A stretch of 64,000 nt of DNA from assembly GCA_016709155.1 (NCBI GenBank), contig JADJEI010000013.1, forward strand, positions 904,093 through 968,092. Direction: 5' to 3'. A program made the position numbers and the translations under genes. Source of the stretch: Ignavibacteriales bacterium. Lineage in GTDB: Bacteria; Bacteroidota; Ignavibacteria; Ignavibacteriales; Ignavibacteriaceae. This document shows positions 39,779-48,412 of the stretch, one piece after another (within the stretch, counting starts at the first letter, position 1; each line of letters starts with the position of its first letter). The notes beneath the pieces are model-generated. The model searched no databases. It was not told where the DNA came from and saw only the letters and a program-made list of their open reading frames with translations.

Positions 39779-41248
39779 CTAAAAAAATGATGAGAAATTA
39801 TCATAGCTTGGTGCATAGTTGTCAATTACAATATTCAGAAATTGTTTCAATAATAAATCATCATATTTTTTTGTGACAGGGTTATAAAATTCCAGCCATC
39901 CGTCTAAAATCACTCCGGCTAATCCTTCTTCGGCTAATTTATCGTGGTTGAATTGAACAAAATCTATTTGTTGAAGTTTTTTGTTTCTTAATGATGTATT
40001 CCTTCCTTTGTTTATATAACTTTTTACCCGTTCAAGAATAGTTGAGCGAGCATTCCAACTCGTAAAGGCGTTACTTACTTTATCATTTTCATTATAGGTA
40101 TCCGCAATTTTCAGAAATGTATCAAAGTCAATAAATATTTTGTGGTTGGTGTAAATGCAAGCCCAGTTGTGCAATGCTTTTGCCATTCCGGGATATACGG
40201 CATTTATTTTTTTCAAATCACTTTTCACAATGCTTTTAAAAGCCAAGCCGGGTTCAGAGAAATCAATTTCCATAGGGTCAAATTTTTCATTGCTCACTCG
40301 TGCAATTACAAACAACAAGAGGAATAGACTCGTATTATAATACTCCTGCTTCTTTGTAACTTTTTCTTTGGCATCTTTCCATTCTGTGTGAAGCTCCATG
40401 ATTTCAGCAATAATTTTTTCGTTTTCGGTTGATTGGAGATGAAATACATTTAATGGATCAGGTAGGTTATTAATATATTCCTTCCCCGAAGTTTCCCTGT
40501 CACCAATAATAACTCTGATGTTGTTTATGGCTTGTGTTTTAAGTAAAAACTCTTTTGCTTTTTCCTTTAGATTATCTGTAAGACGATACCAGTCTTCAAT
40601 TATTACTAAATAATTTCTAAAACGGTCCTCTTGTATTTGTATCAATCCATTATCCGTAAAGTTTTCAAACCCCCTGTCTTTTACCCAAATAAATTTAAAA
40701 GATTCGTTGCATAGTTCAACTGCCAATCGTCTAAGCAAGGTAGATTTACCACAGCCACCAAAACCATGCACTACTGCTACAACTTTGTATGTTCTTGGTT
40801 TATCAAAGCAACTAGAAGCGATTGTTTTAACTTTTCCGTAATCATTCCTTACCACATCATAATTATTTATTACACCATACCACTGGCAATTTTCGTCCTG
40901 TTTTGCAGTGTAGAAATCAGGTTTTGTAAATTGTTTTCCGTTCTTAATCCTTCTTATGAAAGTGCTGTTAATTACTTCAGCACCTTCTATATGTATGTTT
41001 TCAATTTTGTCTTTGTTGTCTTGCAGGAATTGGAGAAAAAGTTTTGTGCCTTTGATACATTCATCTTTATATAACTTAATAAAAGTGTAATCCCTATCCT
41101 TAAATTCAGCTTTCTCTGCAACATCATCATTCTTCAAATCAAAGTGGTAGATTTTTATGTCATTTCCTTTTAATCCTTTAAAAAACTTGTCGAATACAAT
41201 CTGTTCATTAAATTGAGTGCCGAGAATAATTAGTTTTTTTTGTTTGAA
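39779..41248 (-). CDS. P-loop STAND/NACHT-like NTPase segment
   Basis: Walker A VVHGFGGCGKSTLL and Walker B YLVIIEDW. The frame is open upstream to 41248, beyond the ORF-track TTG at 41137. Confidence 0.75.
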   Translation of the reverse strand, partial: FKQKKLIILGTQFNEQIVFDKFFKGLKGNDIKIYHFDLKNDDVAEKAEFKDRDYTFIKLYKDECIKGTKLFLQFLQDNKDKIENIHIEGAEVINSTFIRRIKNGKQFTKPDFYTAKQDENCQWYGVINNYDVVRNDYGKVKTIASSCFDKPRTYKVVAVVHGFGGCGKSTLLRRLAVELCNESFKFIWVKDRGFENFTDNGLIQIQEDRFRNYLVIIEDWYRLTDNLKEKAKEFLLKTQAINNIRVIIGDRETSGKEYINNLPDPLNVFHLQSTENEKIIAEIMELHTEWKDAKEKVTKKQEYYNTSLFLLLFVIARVSNEKFDPMEIDFSEPGLAFKSIVKSDLKKINAVYPGMAKALHNWACIYTNHKIFIDFDTFLKIADTYNENDKVSNAFTSWNARSTILERVKSYINKGRNTSLRNKKLQQIDFVQFNHDKLAEEGLAGVILDGWLEFYNPVTKKYDDLLLKQFLNIVIDNYAPSYDNFSSFF

Positions 41249-41844
41249 TCAATATCCCCATAAATAACGTTATATAAAGAGTTTTGTTCTGCTCCAAGTT
41301 TAGTATATGAAGCGGAAGTAAAAACAATATTATCCAAGGTAGTTTCTTCATTCATTAATCCGTGAAGGTGAAGAATACAATTATCATTACTATCCATTGT
41401 ATACGCCGGATAATTAAAAACCGGATACTTTTTCCCTTTATGTTTTGATTGAATTGTAGTTAAAACATTATCAAAATTAAAAGTGAAAATTGAATACCAG
41501 TTCGGCAGAAAAACCGAATCAAACAACTCGAAGTTAAATGCCGTTTCATCCACTAAAAATAAATTTCTTAGCTCATTAAGCAAATTAGGATTATTAGCAA
41601 TTTTGTTTTCCCATACCGATGCAGCAGCTTTATATTCTGTAACTGATTTTGTAAATTTTTCATTTGTAAATTTTATGAATTGTTCAGCCGTTGGAATTGT
41701 ACTAAATTCTTTGTTTTTATTCTTGACTCCAAAACTGAAACCAGCACCGAGAACCAAACAAAAATGCCCTTCTCTTAAGTCATCAAAAAAAGAATTGTCC
41801 GGCTTGAAATCGGCAATCAAAACAATATGGTTATCTTTGCTCAT
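41230..41844 (-). CDS. SIR2-like (SIR2_2-type) domain segment
   Basis: FCLVLGAGFS glycine-rich start, ILHLHG catalytic-His context, IVFTSASY. The expected LIILGTQF strand follows in the next frame after the T8 run 41234..41241. Confidence 0.7.
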   Translation of the reverse strand: MSKDNHIVLIADFKPDNSFFDDLREGHFCLVLGAGFSFGVKNKNKEFSTIPTAEQFIKFTNEKFTKSVTEYKAAASVWENKIANNPNLLNELRNLFLVDETAFNFELFDSVFLPNWYSIFTFNFDNVLTTIQSKHKGKKYPVFNYPAYTMDSNDNCILHLHGLMNEETTLDNIVFTSASYTKLGAEQNSLYNVIYGDIDSNKKN

Positions 41845-42187
41845 ATGTGAAAAACAAAAAAATGTGCTGGGGCAAAAATTAAAAAAACTTCATTGCGGCT
41901 GTGCGATAAAGTTATCATTCCATTTGGTTTCGTATTGAAAAATGTTCGTTTCATATCATTCAGTTTTAAGTTTCACAGTCGCCAATAGGGTTGCACATAA
42001 CTTGTTTATACCAGCCATAAAGTTGCACATATACAATGGCATTGCCATTAGCTTTGCGTTATAAACGGCTGTTATTATTTCTGGTACAAACATAAAAAAT
42101 AATATTATAATTCATCAAATGGTGATTTCATTTTCCGCAAACTTTCATCTCACTCATCACTTCTCTTGTCTACTCTTTGTGGAGCGA

Positions 42188-42949
42188 TTATTTTTTCCTG
42201 ATGTAGATGATTTTAATATTCTTTTTACCTGTGTCACGCTCATCAATTTCAAATCTGTTCAGGCTTTTAATTAAGGGCAGCATTTTGGGGAAGCCGTAAT
42301 TTCTGGGGTCAAAGTCGGGTTTCTTTTTCAGCATCAGGTTCCCTAATTCGCCTAAAAAAGTCCAGCCATTTTCGTCGGCAAGGTCAGTTATGCTGTCGGT
42401 TAATAGATTGATTAAATCAGAGTCAACTTTGCTCAAAGGATTATTGTCAGGTGGTGCTGCATCCTTTGATATTTTTTTATGCCTGTCTGCCGGCTGTCTT
42501 GTTGTTTTTGTTTTTAAAATTTCGAGGTAGATGAATTTATCGCAGGCGGTTATAAAAGGATTTAAGGTTTTCTTTTCTCCAATTCCAATTACTTTCATAC
42601 CTGCTTCTCTAAGTCTTGTGGCAAGTCTTGTAAAATCGCTGTCGCTTGAAACAATACAAAAGCCACCCACCTTACCGGTGTATAAAATATCCATCGCATC
42701 AATTATAAGTGCGCTGTCACTTGCGTTTTTTCCTATCGAGTAGCTGTACTGCTGTATTGGAGTAATGGCATTTTCTAAAAGCACGTGTTTCCAGCCGGAA
42801 ACGGATTGCTTTGTCCAATCAGCATAAATTCTTTTAAAGGTAGGTGTACCATACTTTGCAATTTCCTCAAACATTTCTTTCACGTTTGCGTAAGGCACAT
42901 TGTCGGCATCAATTAATACTGCTAATTTCAGGTCATTTTGGGTTTCCAT
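42188..42949 (-). CDS. NYN (PIN-like) nuclease domain protein with C-terminal LOTUS/OST-HTH-like module
   Basis: LAVLIDADNV...IYADW...GKNASDSALIIDAMD...FCIVSSDSDFTRLATRLRE.G NYN signature. C-terminal GWTFLGELGNLMLKKKPDFDPRNYGF. Confidence 0.8.
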   Translation of the reverse strand: METQNDLKLAVLIDADNVPYANVKEMFEEIAKYGTPTFKRIYADWTKQSVSGWKHVLLENAITPIQQYSYSIGKNASDSALIIDAMDILYTGKVGGFCIVSSDSDFTRLATRLREAGMKVIGIGEKKTLNPFITACDKFIYLEILKTKTTRQPADRHKKISKDAAPPDNNPLSKVDSDLINLLTDSITDLADENGWTFLGELGNLMLKKKPDFDPRNYGFPKMLPLIKSLNRFEIDERDTGKKNIKIIYIRKK

Positions 42950-43116
42950 AATTCAGTCCAATTAATTATTTAGAGAATTAATTAAGCGCCGGAAAACAAC
43001 TTAACCAGGTTGTATTCCATTTTTAATTACAACCAAAAATACTATGAAGTGGTGAAACTTGATACTGCTATGAGAAATAATCATATCAGCAGAGAAACAG
43101 TTACTCCAATGTCTAA

Positions 43117-43665
43117 TTAACTATTGCTGTTAGCTCGTGAATAAATAATTGTGTTTCTTTTCTGTAGTTCTTCTTTATGTTTTTGCTCGAATAAATAATT
43201 ACGTTTAAAATTATTCCGCTCCAAAAGTTTTATAGAAGGCAGATTTTCTTTATGTGTAAATGCTTCAAGAGATTTGAGTTTCATATCGTTAAATCCGAAA
43301 TCAATAACTTTTTTAATTGCTTCGCTCATAAACCCCATCCCTTGAAATTCCGGTTTCAGTTCATATCCGATTTCGCCGCTTGCATCTTCGAATGAAATAT
43401 TCCAGATGCATATAGTCCCGATTACTTTATCATCATCTTTTAATGCAATCGCCCAATAAATCCAGCCATTTTTGTCAATGCCGTCATTTATTTTTTTTAT
43501 AAACAACTGTGCCTCGTCAATTGATGCAGCAGGGCTTCTTTCGAGATATTTATTTACCCCATCGTTTGATCTTATGGCGTATAATTCTTTATCATCACTA
43601 AGCCTCAACTTTCTGAGTGTGAGCCGCCCGGTGGTCAATTCTTTGAATATAATGCTGTCTGACAT
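43117..43665 (-). CDS. GNAT family N-acetyltransferase (RimJ/RimL-like)
   Basis: LRKLRLSD...IGTICIW...IGYELKPEFQGMGFMSEA acetyl-CoA-binding pattern. Confidence 0.8.
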   Translation of the reverse strand: MSDSIIFKELTTGRLTLRKLRLSDDKELYAIRSNDGVNKYLERSPAASIDEAQLFIKKINDGIDKNGWIYWAIALKDDDKVIGTICIWNISFEDASGEIGYELKPEFQGMGFMSEAIKKVIDFGFNDMKLKSLEAFTHKENLPSIKLLERNNFKRNYLFEQKHKEELQKRNTIIYSRANSNS

Positions 43666-43707
43666 TTTATGGCTTTCTATTGAAATAAATTTCGTATCAA
43701 TTCAATT

Positions 43708-44400
43708 TTAAAAATAAACTGATAAACCAAATTTTATAGATGAAGGCATCAGATTGAAGCCCTTTCTTTTGCTCGAAATGTTTTTGCCTAAATAGGTTAC
43801 ATCCTGAGTGGATTCACTTGTTAAATAATATGCACGAACACCGTATTCAGCAGAGAGCGTCATTTTATTATTGAACATCCACTCAACACCGGCTAATAGT
43901 TCGGCACCGAAATTCCACTGGGTGGATGTACTGGAGGAATAAAAATCAAATACATTTGCAGTATCAATATCTTGTTTTGAAAAAGCATAACTGACATAAG
44001 GACCTGCGCCAATAAAAAATCCAACGTCTTCCATAGTGGTTAAATAATTTAAGTATTGCAGATTAACTGAATAAGTCTGGTAGTCGAACGAATTTGTATA
44101 TGAAGGATGAACATAAAAAGAATCAAGTTCTGATGCTGTAATATCATCATCAGAGTTATTTATTTGAGTAGAAACCCCTACCCGAATTGCTGATCGGTTG
44201 TCAAAGTGATACTTTCCTGAAAAAGTAGTTCCTTGAAAATGAGATAGTGTAAAATTGCTGCTGATCTGAAATTGGAGGGCAAACTTTCCGTTAAGTTTAT
44301 CAAGGTAGGTGCTGTCCTGTGAATAAACTTGTACGGTAGATAGTATGAGAAGTGAAATTGCAAGTACTGAATTGCGAAAGAGTAATGATAATGAAAACAT
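43708..44400 (-). CDS. outer-membrane beta-barrel protein
   Basis: Signal peptide, alternating-hydrophobicity strands, C-terminal ...FGLSVYF. Confidence 0.7.
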   Translation of the reverse strand: MFSLSLLFRNSVLAISLLILSTVQVYSQDSTYLDKLNGKFALQFQISSNFTLSHFQGTTFSGKYHFDNRSAIRVGVSTQINNSDDDITASELDSFYVHPSYTNSFDYQTYSVNLQYLNYLTTMEDVGFFIGAGPYVSYAFSKQDIDTANVFDFYSSSTSTQWNFGAELLAGVEWMFNNKMTLSAEYGVRAYYLTSESTQDVTYLGKNISSKRKGFNLMPSSIKFGLSVYF

Positions 44401-44644
44401 AAATCCTCCCGGATAAAATGAAATAATTAATTGAGTTTAATTTATCAATGATAACTTTTACTTTTATCAAGAGTAAACTTAAGTGTAACGGAGTGATCTT
44501 CAAAAACTAAAATTATACACACTGCTGTCCGAAATAATTTTAATATCAGTAAAAGAAATTAAAATTGAATTGTAATGAGAAGGATTTTTTATATAACTAA
44601 AAACAGTCTCTATTACCTATTAGGCAAGTTGATTCTACAGAAGA

Positions 44645-44746
44645 GCAAACCGTTAAAACGGTTGCAGTTAAATATTTTTTAAGTTCTCAACGGGATTAAT
44701 CCCGTTGAGAATGTGAATCAAAGAATGATTAACCGTTTCAACGGTT
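44645..44746. repeat. three AACCGTT/AACGGTT-type palindromic hairpins in a divergent intergenic region
   Basis: GCAAACCGTTaaAACGGTTGC (44645..44665); perfect 28-nt palindrome TTCTCAACGGGATTAATCCCGTTGAGAA (44684..44711); AACCGTTtcAACGGTT (44731..44746). Confidence 0.8.
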
Positions 44747-44914
44747 TCAAAGTTCGATTAGTAAAGTAGTGTATTTAGAATTAGTCAAAAACATTCAATA
44801 TTTTTTCAAAAAAATTATTTTGGAAAGATGTGATTATACAACACTATTTTTAATCCCTTCATTATCAGTGCCTTGAGTATTATTTTTGTTTAGTAAAAAA
44901 AATAAAGAGATGTT

Positions 44915-45886
44915 ATGTCAGAGTATTCAATTTATAAAAAATCTAACCTGTCAGAAGAAGAATGGGATAGTTTTGTGGATAGTTCAGATAACGGAACTAT
45001 TTTTCACAAAAGAGCTTTTCTTAATTATCACGCTAAAGATAAATTTAATGATGCTTCAATTGTTGTCACAAAGGATAAAAAAATCCTTTCGCTATTAACT
45101 GCGGCTGTGATTGAAAGGGAGGGCAAAAAAATCCTTAACTCTCATCCCGGGGCAAGTTACGGTAGTTTTGTGTATAAGCCTGATCTGAATTTTAAGGAAG
45201 CACACGAACTTGTGGATATACTAATCGAACATCCTAAAAACTTAAAGGTGGAGCGAATTCAGTTGACGCTGCCGCCGATAATTTATCAAACTAAATATTC
45301 CAACTATATTGATTTTGCTCTTTACAGAAACGGTTTCAATTATCTGAAAAGGGAGGTGTCAAGTATTGTCCAATTAGATTTTGAAAAGGATAGTTTACTT
45401 AATACCTATCGAGCTGAAGCACGTACTGCAACTAAGAAAGCACTTAAAAGCGGAATTGAAATTGTTGAATGCGAAAGGTTTGATGAGTACTACGAAATCC
45501 TAAAGAAGAATTTGAAATTGCGGCATGGTGTCAATCCCGCCCACACAATTGATGAATTGAAACTGCTAAAAAAAATATTTCCTGCAAAAGTTAGATTGTG
45601 GGGAGCATTCTTAAAAGACAAATTAATAGCAGGTGTTTGTAACTTCTCGGCAAACTCAAATGTTGTGCTTGCGTTTTACATTAGTCACGATGAAGCATAC
45701 CAGGAATATCGCCCGGTAAATTTACTTTTTTATGAAATAATGAATCGCTATCGTGAGGAGGGGTTTAAGTTTTTAGACTTCGGAATATTCACTGTGATAA
45801 TGGAACCAAATTGGGGATTGGCAAGATTTAAAGAAAATTTTGGAGCGCGTGGAATTTTTAGAGACACATTTTATAAAGATATTTAA
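44915..45886 (+). CDS. FemAB-like / GNAT-fold (Acetyltransf_6-like) transferase, tentative
   Basis: N-terminal W..F......G.IFH...FL.YH pattern and ~320-aa size are typical of FemAB-related proteins in polysaccharide loci. Confidence 0.5.
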   Translation: MSEYSIYKKSNLSEEEWDSFVDSSDNGTIFHKRAFLNYHAKDKFNDASIVVTKDKKILSLLTAAVIEREGKKILNSHPGASYGSFVYKPDLNFKEAHELVDILIEHPKNLKVERIQLTLPPIIYQTKYSNYIDFALYRNGFNYLKREVSSIVQLDFEKDSLLNTYRAEARTATKKALKSGIEIVECERFDEYYEILKKNLKLRHGVNPAHTIDELKLLKKIFPAKVRLWGAFLKDKLIAGVCNFSANSNVVLAFYISHDEAYQEYRPVNLLFYEIMNRYREEGFKFLDFGIFTVIMEPNWGLARFKENFGARGIFRDTFYKDI

Positions 45887-46962
45887 TGGCGAAAATTCTA
45901 CACATTGCTCCTGAAAATTTTGCTGGTGTACCAATCAGTTTTGTAAAGATGCACAGGCAATATGGTGATGAATCCCGGCTGATAACACTTCATAAAACTA
46001 AATTAGATTTTGAAGAAGATCTCTGTCTTAATCTGCCCCTTCCTGAATTCAAATTAGCAAAGCTATGGAGAAGTAAAAAAGTCAGCGAGATTCAACAGCA
46101 TAAAAAAATTGCCGCTCCTTTTTTTTCACCCAAAAATATATTCGAAGAGTTATATTTTAATTGGAGTGATGGGCAGCGAAGGGCACTTGTTGATGAGGTT
46201 ATTACGAAACTCAATCTAAATGAGTACGAGATTATTCATTACGATGGCGGTCTTGATTTTTTCCGCAACCCAACTCAGGCATTAAAGTGGAAGAAGGAGG
46301 GGAAGAAGATTGTCTGCTGTTATTATGGAAGTGATCTGCGCAGCCGCGGACTAATTCGTGAGCTTGATCAAATATCAGATCTAAATATTACATCGGAGTT
46401 TGATCATCTCGCATTAAAAAAAAATATTGAATATCTTTTTTATCCTTACGATGGATCAGACCTTCCCGTAAAATCAAATTCAGAAAATGATAGAGTTCGA
46501 ATTGTTCACTCGCCAACAAACAGAAAGTATAAAGGCACTGATTTAATAATATCTGTAATTGAAAAAATTAAAAAAGAAAAACAAATTGAATTTGTGCTTC
46601 TTGAAAATCTTCATCGAAGTGAAGTACTAAAAATAAAAAGTACCTGCGATATAAGCATTGATCAGGTAGGTGGAATAATGGGCGGGACGGGATACGGCAA
46701 AGCGGGGCTCGAAACTCTTGCAATGTCCATTCCAACTATTACAAATATGACGAATGAATATGAAAAATGGCTGCCGGAAAATCCGTTCGTTGTTGCAAAT
46801 AATATTGACCAACTTTACTTAAAGCTAAATGAACTGATTGAAGATAGACTTTTACGTGATGAATATGGAAGGAAAGGACAGGAGTGGGTTAAAAAATATC
46901 ATAGCTTCGAAAGTGTAAACAAGCGGCTTAAAGAATTATACAGATCTTACGGTATAACATGA
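45886..46962 (+). CDS. glycosyltransferase-like protein (GT-B C-terminal half recognisable)
   Basis: ...GKAGLETLAMSIPTITN resembles the GT4 E-x7-E region. Start overlaps the upstream stop. Confidence 0.5.
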   Translation: MAKILHIAPENFAGVPISFVKMHRQYGDESRLITLHKTKLDFEEDLCLNLPLPEFKLAKLWRSKKVSEIQQHKKIAAPFFSPKNIFEELYFNWSDGQRRALVDEVITKLNLNEYEIIHYDGGLDFFRNPTQALKWKKEGKKIVCCYYGSDLRSRGLIRELDQISDLNITSEFDHLALKKNIEYLFYPYDGSDLPVKSNSENDRVRIVHSPTNRKYKGTDLIISVIEKIKKEKQIEFVLLENLHRSEVLKIKSTCDISIDQVGGIMGGTGYGKAGLETLAMSIPTITNMTNEYEKWLPENPFVVANNIDQLYLKLNELIEDRLLRDEYGRKGQEWVKKYHSFESVNKRLKELYRSYGIT

Positions 46963-48377
46963 AAGAAAAAAAAGCCGGGCTCAGCGAATCAACTTTTTGG
47001 TACACTCTCGGAAATCTATTAATTAGATCGGTTAGTTTTTTACTCCTTCCTCTTTATTCCAACTTAATTTCAACTGACGACTTCGGCAGGTATTCTTTAC
47101 TGATGGCTTTTTATACTATCGCGGCAGTTTTTTATCAGGGAGGGTTAACGTCAGCACTAACTAAGTTTTATTTGGACTCGGAGGATGATAAACAGAGAAG
47201 CAAAATATTCTCTACAGTGGTGAATTTAATACTGTTGATTGGTGTTTCATTAACAATTTTAGCCGCTGCATTTTCTACTAATCTTTCAAATTTGATTTTA
47301 GGTTCGGATAAATTTTCGGGATTAGTTCTGCTTACTGTTTTCAGTTTGTTCATTGATAGTTTTGTTACTACAGTTCTTCAACTATTAAAGACGAAAGAAC
47401 TTTCACGAAAAGCGGTATCATTCTCAGCTATTTCTGCCATCACGAATTTGTTACTGAACATTTTACTTGTTTATTATTTAGGATGGGGGATAGTAGGAAT
47501 TATAGCAGCACAATTAATATCAGCTTTATTTGTATTATTAATATTAATACCGACAATTAGAAAAGAATACTCGTTCACTATCGAAACTCCAATTGTAAAA
47601 AGCATTTTAGCTTTTTCTTATCCTTTAATTGCTGCTGGAATTTTATCAACAGCAGTTGATGTAATTGACAGATTTATTATCAACTATTATTTCGGGGAGG
47701 AAACCACAGGTATTTACAGCTTCTCTTACAAAATTGCGCTGGTAATGAATGTCTTTGTCATTTCAATGAGGACAGCGTGGACCCCATATTCTATTAGATT
47801 ATTCAGGACGGGTAATTATGCTGATGATTACGGCAAAGTACTGACAAAAATTATTGCAGTATCTTCAATTATATTTCTTGCAACTTCCCTGTTAGCCGGT
47901 GATTTATTCAACTTTACTTTCAACGGTAAATATTTATTCAATCCATCATATCAGGGTGGGGTGATAATAATCCCGATCGTGCTTATCGCTTATGGCTTTA
48001 ATGCTTTAGCCGGCTTTTACGCAATCTATCCATTTATTATAGGAAAAAGTTCCTATTTCTTTTATGTTGATTTGTTAGCTTTGATTTTTAACCTTGTGTT
48101 CAATTATCTATTAATACCTAAGTATGGAATTGTTGGAGCTGCAATTGCAACACTGATAAGTTACTGTGCAGGATTTATGTTTTTCTTTTCAATATCACAC
48201 AAAAAGATGCAGATAAATTACCAGCTAAATAAAATCTTGCAATCATTGTTTGTAACAGGAATTGCTTATGTTATCTGCAATCAGTTAGATAAAATTTATT
48301 TTGATATAATCTTTGTGGCAATTGTTGTTTACATATTCAAGAGAATTACTTCACTTGATTTTCGCTTTGGTAAATAA
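46959..48377 (+). CDS. oligosaccharide flippase (Wzx/MOP family)
   Basis: About 12-14 TM helices, ~470 aa, in a glycosyltransferase context. Confidence 0.75.
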   Translation: MKEKKAGLSESTFWYTLGNLLIRSVSFLLLPLYSNLISTDDFGRYSLLMAFYTIAAVFYQGGLTSALTKFYLDSEDDKQRSKIFSTVVNLILLIGVSLTILAAAFSTNLSNLILGSDKFSGLVLLTVFSLFIDSFVTTVLQLLKTKELSRKAVSFSAISAITNLLLNILLVYYLGWGIVGIIAAQLISALFVLLILIPTIRKEYSFTIETPIVKSILAFSYPLIAAGILSTAVDVIDRFIINYYFGEETTGIYSFSYKIALVMNVFVISMRTAWTPYSIRLFRTGNYADDYGKVLTKIIAVSSIIFLATSLLAGDLFNFTFNGKYLFNPSYQGGVIIIPIVLIAYGFNALAGFYAIYPFIIGKSSYFFYVDLLALIFNLVFNYLLIPKYGIVGAAIATLISYCAGFMFFFSISHKKMQINYQLNKILQSLFVTGIAYVICNQLDKIYFDIIFVAIVVYIFKRITSLDFRFGK

Positions 48378-48412
48378 TACTTCGGAAAAGTATAATTTAA
48401 TAGCTGCGACAA

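Noticed and set aside
40766-41938. Plus-strand ORFs 40766..41074 and 41483..41938, and similar antisense ORFs elsewhere (e.g. 25337..25663, 34464..34787, 35160..35495)
   Set aside because: They lie antisense to well-supported genes, give low-complexity or implausible translations, and have no motifs.
35700-44900. Prophage or integrative element
   Set aside because: I found no integrase, recombinase, transposase, tRNA target or phage structural genes. Only flanking hairpin repeats hint at an island border.
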